Shown here piece by piece: positions 1 through 11,132 of a DNA stretch of 64,000 bases. The translations under genes were made by a program, and so were the position numbers. The notes below the pieces were generated by a model that worked only from the letters and a program-made list of their open reading frames with translations, was not told the origin of the DNA and searched no databases. How positions within the stretch are numbered: position 1 is the first letter of the stretch; the number at the start of each line of letters is the position of its first letter. The DNA comes from Folioceros fuciformis (Eukaryota): positions 174,093 through 238,092 of the forward strand of contig JBNGIO010006345.1 of NCBI GenBank assembly GCA_049999805.1. Reading direction: 5' to 3'.

Positions 1-22
1 CATTACTTTCAGACCAAGTCTA

Positions 23-2643
23 TCAATGATCTTGTTGTTGTTCATATATTTGCATGTAAGCCTCCGACAACGCAACCATCTGAGGCAGGGTTTCCGCCAC
101 ATGCAAATCCTGCATTTCATACCTGCAGCCAACCGGCTCAGACATGAAAACAGGTCATCGTACGGTGACAGGTCAATAGCGAGGGTGTTCAGCAATACAG
201 AGGTGTCTGCAACTTACCAAACTTCTTCAGACTTCCGTTGAACAAACACCCTGTAAGACCCCTGCCCTGGTTTGCCATCATGTACGAGGTTGGCTATCAG
301 ATCATATTTTGAGCGGATTCTCTCTGTTCCTCTTGCACTTGGCAAAGGGATGATATCTTTCAGCTCCAAATTCTTCACAGGAAAGTTAACTGCAAATCCA
401 ACACAAATCTGATGTCAAACGCCTTGAGCAGTACGTGGGAAATGACAGGCCAGCCCATGTTGTACGAGGAACCTAACGTGCAAATCAAGATCAAGTGACG
501 ATGCTCACCCAACGTAGGGTTCTTCTCAATGAAAAATCGGTTCTTTGTGAATCTCCTCATGTGCAGAATGAGATATTGCGGAAGTCTTGTGACACGATAC
601 CGCATCCGTGCAAGCTGCGGTCTGACCACCTCTGTTACTGATTCGCCATCAAATTTCTTCAGGATGTTAAAGAGAGGAACCTGCCAACGCGACATGGCCT
701 GGTTAGAAGGGGTATAAACCTCGACAAAGCCATCGGAACTGAACTGCAACCTACGCCCCTTGACAGTTCACACTGCACAGCACAGAAACATTCTCAGTCC
801 GCGCAAGTAGCGTATTCACAGAGCAATTCACCTGCGGGATGATGTTCTTCTCCATGACGTCCTTGAAAAGTGGAGGTGGTGGCAAATCCAAACCAAGCAT
901 GAGGAATGGCATCCTACTAATCTCTTTCTCGATGTTTCTGAGTTCAATTCTAGCGTCCTCAATCTCAACCCCTTCCATACTTTGCTCATCAACTTCGTCC
1001 CGTCGGTCTGAGCTGTTCATTTGGACCTCTTTAACTACCTCCAACTCACCCTGAAAGCATTTATATATGATGCTGCTGTTTTTCTTTTTAGTTCCCGCGA
1101 GATCAAAGTGAAGAGTGTTGAGCAACCAAGACATAAACTCAACAGGATCCGACTGCACTCCAATGCGAAACCGCTTCTTGCTCGCCACCATCACTGCTTG
1201 TAGAAACTCATGAGGACTGACCTGATTCATGAGAAAGAAAAAGGTCACCATGATTAGGTCTACTAAAAGAACGATGAGTAGCCCACATCACCTGCAGGCG
1301 GGAACAATCCACTATCGACGAGTTACCTGCCCCTTGAAGTTCCTCTGGTGCCATATCTTTCTGGTCAGTTCTCCAAATCTTTGAACAAGAGGAGACTTGA
1401 CAGTCGTGTAGTTGTCTGGGATAAGGAAAAAATCTCTGAGAGGTGTCACCCGCATCAAAGACTGAATGCTGACATTCACAAAGTCAGTCTCTTTGATGTT
1501 GTTCAGACCAACCTGCAGTAACATTAAAAAGTTTCGTTTGACATTTGCAAGGAGTTGTAAATACAAGGCTTCAACATTAAACCAAACGGCAACAACACTG
1601 TATGCCTGAACGGGAGACCCCGTGGTGAAGAATCTCACATACCATTCCAGGCAGATAGTCCGAGCCATCCAGCGCTCTTGCCCAAAGTTTATTCCTGTCC
1701 AGCTGCACAACTTGGCTTCTGGTGAACCTGTACGTCGGCAGCATGATGCACTAGCAATTCAAAGCCTACAGAAACCCGCCTATTGCCCTCATTCGGTTCC
1801 ACTATCTATGCAGGAGCTGCCTTCCATGTCAAGCTCCAAGATAATGACAACTGGATCTATTCTCAAAAAGCATAAGCTTAAGTAGCTTCAATGGAACGTA
1901 CCTTGGATTCAAAACGTAACGAATGTCGTCCAAAGAAGAGTCGCTCACTTCGTACCCGTCTGGAAGGCAATACACCTTCTCAGAGTGTAGATTTATGAAC
2001 ACATGGTGACCAGCCTCAAGGCTGTGTGTGTAAGCATGCGAGTTCCGTCCTCTGCCTTGGAAATATTTCCCACAAACCAAACATGCGTAGACGTTCAAGT
2101 TTGATAGAGACACGGAGCAGAACTTTTCGAAGTCAAAGTCCAGGACCTGCATTGGACAGCCAGAAATTGGCCAGTTAATGTAGTTTCCTCCAGTGACTAT
2201 CGCCACAACAAAATAGCCTGGCAGCTTGTCAAGGGTAGACCAAGAATCGGAGCTACAATACACAAAAAAGCCTCCAGAATTTGATGCTTCGGTGTCTGAA
2301 GCAAGCTTAAAACCGTTGACAATACCTGTCGATTGACAGTGTCCAGGTATGGACAATCCCGCCGAACTTCGGTATCTCTTCGGCGGCCTCCCTGAATGTG
2401 GTCCCCTCCATCGTCATCACTTTCATACCCTTCCAGATTCTCAGCCTTCACAGGCCCCTTCCCAGCCGCCTGCTCCTCCTCTTCATCATCAACGTAACTT
2501 AGCAGAGGCAGCAGGCCGTTAGCTGCCTCTGGCTCCTCGGTCCTTTGCCTTTTGTGCTGTCCGTTTCCCGAATGCTCCTGCTCTACATTTCCGTTCCCGT
2601 CATTGCTCCCGCTCCCTTCAGCTTCTTCACGTTCCCGCTTCAT
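23..2643 (-). CDS. USP39: U4/U6.U5 tri-snRNP-associated protein 2 (USP39/Sad1-like; ZnF-UBP plus inactive USP domain), 8 coding exons
   Basis: Motifs DCPYLDTVNRQVLDFDFEKFCSVSLSNLNVYACLVCGKYFQGRG, GLNNIKETDFVNV and FIEKNPTLVNFP. Exons with GT-AG boundaries approx 2643-2326, 2146-1902, 1727-1643, 1512-1327, 1221-832, 680-509, 389-218, 122-23 (TGA). Confidence 0.95.
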
Positions 2644-3019
2644 CCTCCAACAATCACGACGACTGCACACCAGGACGTGAAATTGTAAGAACATGCTTCA
2701 GTTCGATTTTGCATCGTTTCTTGTCAGGGGTAGCTCCAAGCCCTAATTCTCCGATTTGCATTCGGGACGAGACGAGTTGAGTGGAGTCCAGCTCCGTCAC
2801 CACCTGGATTACACCTCACCTTCAGCTTCACAAACTAGACTGGTTTGAACGATTTTGCTTTCCCCACACAGACGCACATCCCAAGCCGAAGACAGTGTCC
2901 GAAGGCAAACTTTTGATTGTCAAAAACACTTCTGAGCTGTATGAAGCGTGAGGGGAGACGACTTCCTGTACATTCTGACCTGTATGAATGGGAACTGTCA
3001 ACTATGTGCTGAGTGGACG

Positions 3020-3575
3020 AGGTGATGTTCAGGGCATGTCTGGTATCTCATATGAAATTTAGAACGGTGTTCTGCGGCAGTAGAGCTATTGAACAAAGGA
3101 CTACGACCACTGGCAGGAGGGCTTGGACTCTGTTATCAAGAGCGATTCTAGTATACTTGCTTCCAACAGTGTCATTCAGACATACGTCAAATCCAGCAAC
3201 ATTGAAGAGGCTCGCAGGGTATTTGAAAACCTTCCAGCAAGGGACTTAGTGTCATGGAACAGTATGATAGCTGGATGCTGCAGGCTGGAGCATGTTCAGG
3301 AGGGGGTTCAGGTCTTCCAGCGAATGCAACAGGTTGGTGTGCATCCGGACAGTTCTTCTAAAAGGATGTTGCACCACGGCCGACCTGATACATGGGAAGA
3401 TGATACACGCTCATGTTGTGGAAGGAGGCCTGAAGTCGGATCTGATTGTGGGCAGCGGCCTCATGAGCATGTATACCAAGTGCGAGAGCCTTGACGACGC
3501 ACAGAAGGTGTTTGACAGTTTGCCTGCCCCAGACCTGATTTGCTGGAATATGTTGTTAGGAGGCTACACACAGCC
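3020..3575 (+). pseudogene. Frameshifted PLS-class PPR protein fragment
   Basis: EEARRVFENLPARDLVSWNSMIAG and GKMIHAHVVEGGLKSDLIVGSGLMSMYTKCESLDDAQKVFD lie in different frames; no complete gene. Confidence 0.85.
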
Positions 3576-3629
3576 ATCTGTAATCACCACCTCAACTTTG
3601 CTATGACCTCGGTCTTTCATGTTCTTTGT

Positions 3630-4915
3630 AATGAGAGGGAGCTGGAAGATTTGCTGAGGGACTTCGTTTGCGGTTTACGAGGACTTCCAATGGAGGAATT
3701 GCCTGTACGACGATATCTTGTGGATCGCAAAGTTTGTCCCGTCTCATCACTCTTGGGCTGAAGTATCAGGTGGCTGAAGAGCCTATTGTGCCAAGTCCTG
3801 GTCACCTGGAAGAGCACATTGGGAGTAAGGAATACCGCATTTTGGACATTCTGTCCAGTCCTGGGCACAGGGTTGTGGCACTTGTGTTCTGCAAACAGGT
3901 TGCAGAGAAAATACATGCATCAAGAGTGTTTGGCGGGGATGACCCCTTTGTGGTTGCTGGTGTGGAGCCGGGTGGATTGAAGCTTTCCTGTTGTGAGAGG
4001 GGACGGGAGTGGCGAACCATGGACACGGCAAGTCCGTGGGTAGATTTTACTCTGTCTCGTGACATCTTGGCTGGTTTGACGCAGTAGGGACACAGCAGTG
4101 TGAGCTTTCTGAACTGGCAGGCTTTCTGAAACTCATCAGGGGTCTGCAAGACAGAATGGATGGCGGAGCCACAGATTCCGATCAAGGTCAGAGCAAAGGT
4201 GCGGTAATGGTTACAGATGAGGTGGCAGTGAGCAAGGCAACGACTGCGGTTTGTGGGGAATGAAAGTTAGAAATGTTTGAGTCATTCGCCTACAGGTGGC
4301 GTAAGCTCTGATGGTGTTGGGTCAAGGGTGCCGGCCCTCTCAAGTGCTGTGCATCAGCAGCAAGGTGGTCATGCATCCACCAGTGGGATCATGGAGATAG
4401 ATTCAGCTATGGGGATGAGTGTGGGAATGAGGTTCCTTTGCTTCCAGATGGGATCGGAGAGGACTTGTGTATTGTTGCTGTGGAAAATTCTGGCGACATG
4501 GTCTCAAGATGGGAGCGGGATAAGCTAGAGGCTGCAGGGGTGGTAAAGCATGCACTGCACTGCACTGCACTGGTGAATCTGGGCGGGTACCCCTGGCTCT
4601 TATCCAGCTACAGGCGCTCTACGCAAAGGAAGATGTCCAGTCCAGCCAGAAACAGTCAAGAGTCGCAGGAAATTGGACGAGGCATTGTCTATCAGAGGAT
4701 GTGTGAAGGGAAGACTGAAGCGGCAATCGCAGCACTCTCTGGTCTTGGGGAGGATGTTGAGGTTTCTCTTCATGAGCTGGCGCTGGGACTAGTAGGCGTG
4801 ATCTCCGCAAGAAAAGCTAGTGCCGAACTGCAAAAACATGGCTGGCTTGGAGCAGATGAGAGAGAGTAACTGGAAACGTTCACGACCTAGAGGGTGTGTA
4901 TCCTGTGTGTATCTG
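3630..4915 (+). pseudogene. Inverted, internally deleted partial copy of the neighbouring spatacsin gene
   Basis: ~3630-4090 matches the reverse complement of ~23125-22665, and ~4096-4915 matches ~21200-20405 (e.g. ITLGLKYQVAEEPIVPSP, VAVENSGDMVSRWERDKL). Contains stops and frameshifts. Confidence 0.93.
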
Positions 4916-5708
4916 CTTTTGGAGTGAAAAGTTGTTGAATCAAGTGATGAAGACAGACCACAAGCAGATCAAGCATATCAGATCAAAGCATACATTACAG
5001 GTGGGGCTGATGCCATGCTGTTCAGCCGTACAACCAAGGAGCTGGCGGCCTTTATCCTCCAGTCCCTCTCAGTCAGTGCAGCTGCCTGCCCTTGCGTAAA
5101 GCACCAGTACTTGCACACCTTAACAAGGCCCGCGCGCGCATGCCTGTTCGTGCTGTCGAAAACCTAACACTAGGTGTCTAAGCAGTGCTATGCTATGCTA
5201 TCTGGCTAAGCTCTTAACTGTTCCTTGCTATCGTTACATCTCCGCTCTTTCGTCTAGGTTATAACCTAAAACTTGGAAGCACTGGTCCCCTAGTCGTCGT
5301 CGTCGTTGTTGTAAAATGATGTTTAAAATGATGCAGAAGTCTATTGTTATGTATGGAGCTTGACTCCTTGGCCGTGCTCTCATATGATCAAGCTTCCATC
5401 ATGTTTTTTATTCTGTAGTGTTTTTCTGTGGGATGTGTTTTTTATCTTTTTTTACTTATATAATCCGTAAATATAAAATAAGAAACAAGATAGAGGGTGG
5501 TTTTTCTTCCATCTAAATCATAATTAAGTTTAATACATATTAGACCCATGGAATGGGTAACATAATGTTGGAAGAAGCTTGCCCGGGCTATGTCAACCTT
5601 GGTAACATATAAGGAGTCTTTATCAACATAAAATCTTTATCAACATAAAAATACAAGTAACTATCGTACTATATTTTTTTCCACACAGTAAGATGTTTCT
5701 TATTAAAT

Positions 5709-5893
5709 TGTGCTGAAATGAAATGTCGGGACTATTGTCAACGTCGATAATGTGCTGAAATGAAATGCCGGGACTATTATCAACGCCGATANNNNNNNNN
5801 NCGATAATGTGCTGAAATGAAATGCCGGGACTATTATCAACGCCGATAATGTGCTGAAATGAAATGCCGGAACTATTGTCAACGTCGATAATG
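5709..5893. repeat. 42-bp minisatellite (at least 4 copies) spanning an assembly gap
   Basis: Unit cgataatgtgctgaaatgaaatgccgggactattatcaacgc repeated head-to-tail; Ns at 5792-5801. Confidence 0.9.
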
Positions 5894-7539
5894 CATTCTA
5901 TCCACCCTACAAGGTGGCAAGAGTAGACAACATGACATACTTGGTTCATGTTGATTTGATATATCACTGTGACTCCCAAGAAATCATCATGCTCATACTT
6001 CACCTCCCAAGAAATCATCATGCTCATACTTCACCTCTTCGATCGGACATGATCTTTCAAAGAGGGATAAGATTGGCAAGGAAGGCAACTCCACACATAC
6101 TCTTTTTGTCAAATCCACTATGGCTAAACATTACCCTTGTATGTCGAATAATATAATTGGCAACCATAAATGGTTCTTATTGTACATGTAACCAAAAGTT
6201 AGGTCATCAGGGAATGGTATAGAATTGCCCAACATAGGTCTGTATCAACTAGTAACAAAATTCAAATCGAATCGGAGCAAGTAATCGAGCTTGAACACAC
6301 TATTATGAGAACATATAGGCCACATAAGGCATTCGCCTTTTGTGGCAAGTATAGTAAACACACACCTATCTTTGAAGGAGGAGTCAGCCAATAATTGTCT
6401 CCAATGCTTCCAAGCGCATCTTGCACCCCACCAATTTGGGATTGCTAATCATGTAAGTGTGAATCTACTGCCCTCAGCATCTAGGCAGTCCTCGAGTTAC
6501 ATCGTCACTGGGCAGCTTTGCAGGTTGATATCACCCCCTCGTAGGGACTTCGAGTCTTGGTTGTTTCTATGGGACCTTCTTATTTTGTTCATAGGTTTGT
6601 GGATGAAGATTTAGCTCTTACCATGGACCTCTCACAAATCGGTGATACTTAGATTGCTTTTGGTATTCTTTCTTCGTGTTTTGCGCAATGAGCAGGTTAC
6701 CTCGCTAAAACTATTGCACCTTCTCCAATTTTCTTATCAAGTCTCATGAAGTTTGACAATCAAGTTATGTAGGCTCTTGGGGGCATCATAGGTCTTGGCA
6801 CCTTCGAGTGTGCCATTAGTGATTTGGCTCTGAAGCATGCTTCCATGCTAGTTGCCTTTGGAGGGGTTGGCCTTTTGGCCATGGAGAACTCTTCCCCAAC
6901 TGCCTTTCTCGATAGCTAGTTCCTCTCGGCTCCCGTTTTGGCCTCTCATTTTTTGCTGCAAGATTTCTCTCTTCTTCAAGGTTTTATCTCAAGCATTGAG
7001 TAGGGTGTTTTCTCTATACTGGTATCCCTTAGGCAAGCAAGGGATTCTTTACCTTTCAAGGCTCGTGATTCTCTACCTCCCTTCACCTCCTTTACTAGGG
7101 AAGGGTTGAGGGGTCTTCAGGCCTCCCTCCTAGAAAAGCAATATGACCAAGCATTAAGACCCCTTCTTGCGACTCATCCATCCCTAGGTCTTCTTGGGCT
7201 TGTATTCACTCTTGTTCAGGTAAGGGGCGAGCTCTTAACTTTTGGCTTGACCTTGCATCCAGGCGTTTCGAATCGCACCAGCAACTTTTGCCACAATGAG
7301 ATTTCGCTTAGGCTTGGCCACCCCTTGGCTTTTTCTCTCTCTACATGCAGTTGTGGGGTTGCCATTGTTGATACAGGGTCCCATTTGGTACATTGACTCG
7401 TTTTGGGGCACCGCATTGCCACCCATGATGCAGTTCGAGATGTCATGTTCTCGATGGCTAAGGAGTGTGGGTTTCTTTTGTATAGGGAGCGTCCATATAC
7501 TTTGCGCAACAAGGTTTGACTTAGAGCCGACTTAGAATG

Positions 7540-9680
7540 AAACCCCATCTCAAAAATCTTTCGGTGCCCCCATGAAATGAAGCAATTCAATCTTAATTTG
7601 ATGCCCTATGTAGCCCTGATGGTGACAAGTGGCGTATATCAGTAGAGGATGAGTATCAATCCTTTATCAAGAACAATACTTGGAAGTTAGTGGATTTGTC
7701 ACCTGGCAGGAAACCCATCTCATGCAAGTGGGTTTTCAAGCACAAGCTCAACTCAAAAGGAGAGATAGCACATTATAAATCTCGACTCGTTGCTAGGGGA
7801 TTCACGCAGGTTGAAGGCCTAGATTATCAAGAGACATTCAGTCCTGTGGTTAGATCTCAATCTATTAGGATGTTACTTGCTATGGCAACAAAACATGATT
7901 TGTATTTGCATCAAATGGATGTTTGCACAGCGTATATATACGGCAAGCTTGAGGAGGAACTTTATATGCAACAAATGGATGTTTGCACAGCGTATATATA
8001 CGGCAAGCTTGAGGAGGAACTTTATATGCAACAAATGGATGTTTGCACAGCGTATTTGTACGACAAGCTTGAGGAGGAACTTTATATGCAACAAATGGAT
8101 GTTTGCATAGCGTATATATACGGCAAGCTTGAGGAGGAACTTTATATGCAACAAATGGATGTTTGCACAACGTATTTGTACGACAAGCTTGAGGAGGAAC
8201 TTTATATGCAACAACTTGAGGGGTATGTTGATTCTAAATACCCCAACAAAGTTTTAAAACTTCTCAAGTGTATTTATGGTCTTAAGCAATCTGGTAGAGT
8301 ATGGTACTTTACCATGCATGTTTATTTATTGAAAATTAACTTTGTACAAAGTATTGCTGATTCCAATATATGTATGCTTACCCAAGGCTCCTCATACGTC
8401 ATTTTGGCTTTATATGTTGATGACGTAATATTAGCCACAAATGACAAGACCCTATTAGAACATGCCAAGCAGCTTTTATCTAACAAATTTGAAATGAAGG
8501 ATATTGGTGACTTGAAGTTTTGTTTAGGGATCCAGTTGGTGAGGGCTAATGCGGTGATGGCCATACATCAAAACAAGTACATCAAGGAAATTTTGACTAA
8601 GTTTCATATGGATGAGGCACGACTAGCCACTACTCCAGCTGCTATGGGTGTGAAGCTCACTAGTCTTCAATGTGCGCAAACCCCAAAGGAGCAGTTGGAT
8701 ATGCAAGATGTTCCATATAGACACGTAGTCGGAAGTCTCATTTTTGTGGTGAATTGGACCCGACCTGATATTCAGTATGCTGTAAGCATAGTGTCGCAGT
8801 TTCTTGAACATTCGGGCAGGGCTCATTGGGTTGCCGTTAAGTGTATTTTTAGATACTTAAAAGGCACTTTGACACATGGGCTCATATATAAGCTTAGTGG
8901 CAAGGCTAAACTCACTCTACAAGGTTTTATAGATGCCGAGTGGGTGTCTGATGCTAACTCCCGTCGCTGCCTCTCCACATATTGCTTTCTCCTTGCAGGA
9001 GCTGCCATCAATTGGAGTTGCAAGAAACAGCCCTCTATATCTTTGTCTTCAATGGAGGCAGAGTATAAATCTCTCACTGAAGCCACCAAGGAGGCTGAAT
9101 GGGAGAGGAGGTTTTTACAAGATTTGGGGTAGACACAACAAGACCCTGCCCCCATGCTTTGTGACAACATGTCAGCACTTGCTTTGGTTGCCAACCCTCG
9201 CTTCCACGCGCGCACCAAGCATGTAAAGATATCCCTTCACTACATCAGGGATGTTATGGATAGAGGGGTAGCAAAGGTTAGCTTTGTTGGAACAGGTGAT
9301 AATGTGGCCGACATTCTAACCAAAGCACTTTCAAAGCCAAATCACTATAAGCATATGGATGGCTTAGAGCTGGGTGATTACTCAGTATATGTGAATGGCA
9401 CATAATACATAGGAGAACAGATAACTCAGTGGATGAAGCTACATGCAGACAACCAGTCGTGAGTTATTTATCTTCAAGTTGTTTGTTTATGAGTTTTTCT
9501 TCAAATTCAGAGCTGTTGCAACTACGTCGCTGGCACATGTGTTTTCTAGCACAGAGTGGGGGACGCCCCATGCATGGAGAATCATTGGCCACTGGTGGAC
9601 TATTGGTGTTGTTTTGTTTTGTGGAGATTGCTAGTGCCCATGGAAAAAGGGTTTCAAGAGAAACCCGATTCTCCCCATAC
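7540..9680 (+). mobile_element. 5'-truncated Ty1/copia LTR retrotransposon (RT + RNase H), defective
   Basis: ORF 7690-9132 has CKWVFKHK, YKSRLVARGFTQVEGLDYQETFSPV, QMDV, IYGLKQSGRVW, LYVDD and TRPDIQYAVS. After an in-frame TAG it continues CDNMSA..FHARTKHV..ADILTKAL to 9405. No gag, protease or integrase seen; outer boundaries approximate. Confidence 0.92.
7912..8211 (+). repeat. Five tandem 60-bp units inside the copia RT, in frame (20 aa)
   Basis: caaatggatgtttgcacagcgtatatatacggcaagcttgaggaggaactttatatgcaa x5 with variants. Confidence 0.97.
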
Positions 9681-9825
9681 GCTGTTATTTGTGTCATTGA
9701 TGTGGTTATTACAAATCCTACTAGAAATTGATTTACGAGCACGTCATCATCAACCCTCTTGGATGGTCAATCAAGGGCTATGACTAAGAGCCTAAGTCTA
9801 TGAGTATTTTCCCTTACAAGACATA

Positions 9826-9968
9826 CATACTTTCATCCCTCTTGCTCTTGAGACTCGTGGGCTATAGGCAAGGACTTTTCAAGGTTCATCAAGACAGATA
9901 TACTTTCATCCCTCTTGCTCTTGAGACTCATGGGCTACTATAAGCAAGGACTTTTCAAGCTTCATCAA
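9826..9968. repeat. ~70-bp tandem duplication within the non-LTR endonuclease region
   Basis: atactttcatccctcttgctcttgagactc..gggcta..gcaaggacttttcaag..ttcatcaag occurs twice. Confidence 0.85.
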
Positions 9969-10255
9969 GGAGTGTGCCAAGATTTATTAGAGTAATAGGA
10001 ATGGTATTTTCCCTCTTTCTCGCGTGGTGGCCTTCTTTTAACAATGCATGTCCATTGCTTTGCAAAAAGAATTGGGATGAAGCAGCTTCTTCAGCATCGG
10101 TGGTAAGTAGGCCTTGTGTTATTTCACATCAGAACATTTTGGGAATAATAAATAATTTTTCAAAATGATATTCAAAGCGATAGTAACTTTTAACCTTAGC
10201 TATGCTTGGGTGTCCTTTGAATCTTTGGAGTAGGTGGGACTTTCCATCTCTTTTT

Positions 10256-10404
10256 CAATAATAAAAAATACTATACATAGGCTTAGGCTTCGAATTATTA
10301 GACCATAAGGTGCCTCACACTCGTAGGTCTCAATAGTAAAAAATACTATACGTAGGCTTAAGGCTTCGAATTATTAGACCATAAGCTGCCCTCACACTCG
10401 TAAG
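10256..10404. repeat. ~75-bp tandem duplication
   Basis: caata(a/g)taaaaaatactatac..taggctt..aggcttcgaattattagaccataag..cctcacactcgta occurs twice. Confidence 0.85.
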
Positions 10405-11132
10405 TCGTAACCTCAGCGACGTGCTGGCCCGTGCTCTCTCCCAGCCGGTCTCCTCTGTGTCTCCCGTCCTCGAGTCTGAGCTCGCGAAGTCAGTCCTACT
10501 ATGTTTGAAACCGACTTTGGGCGCAGGGTTCAGGAGAAGCGGGGCGGAGAGGTTCCCGATGTGCCGACCGGCTTTAAGTCTTTCTACTGGCCGCAGTTGG
10601 CAATGGTTGGGATGCAAGGCACTTTTCCTTTCAGTCTGGCATACACACCAAGATTCCACCATGGACGATGACCTGAAATCCGTAGTCATCAGCGCGATCG
10701 TGTTTGGAGGATACGAGGGAAGAAATTCCGACAGACATAGAGCTAAAGGTCGAATGTGTTCGTCACCAGTCGAATAGACTAGAGGTGTGCCTCGGCAGAC
10801 GTTGTGTGGTAGCGCGCTAAAGGGCCATGCTTGTCAACGAGCGGTGGGACCATTTAGTCTGAGCCAAGATTCAGACAACTTGCTTCCACCTGAACATCGT
10901 CTGCACAAGGGCAGTACGAAAACGAAACCTTATTCTCCGGCAAATCAGATCAACAAGCCCATTGATCTAGGATGCCCACAGGCAACGCCTGCGCACCCTC
11001 AGAGTTCTACAGGGCAAAGAATTGGGTACTGGGAAAGAAGCTTTTGGTGGGGCTCCTTCTCAGGGTTATTGAAATATGTTGGCCATTATGCACAGCTGCT
11101 TTGCCTCGCAGCTCCGGACTGACTTACAAGCG

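Larger units (their letters stand above)
6380..10170 (+). mobile_element. Degenerate non-LTR retrotransposon with C-terminal zinc knuckle and restriction-like endonuclease (CRE/R2-group-like), interrupted by a copia fragment
   Basis: Across frameshifts on +: LAPHQFGIA..LELHRHWAALQVDI (~6420-6530), GGVGL..PTAFL (~6860-6910), HSCSGKG (~7210), LRLGHP..CSCG..DTGSHL..IATHDAVRDV (~7310-7445), RADL (~7525). After the copia insert: VIDVVITNPTR (~9692), FIPLALET (~9830), SIALQK (~10050). Confidence 0.7.

Noticed and set aside
5254-5293. Palindrome taggttataaccta followed by CTAG-T as a Helitron 3' end for the PPR/SPG11 chimera
   Set aside because: The hairpin is AT-rich and ~20 bp from the CTAG, and no 5' TC end could be assigned; too weak to call.
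5709-5893. Regular 42-bp repeats resembling a CRISPR array
   Set aside because: Units are contiguous with no unique spacers, the context is eukaryotic and no cas genes are present.
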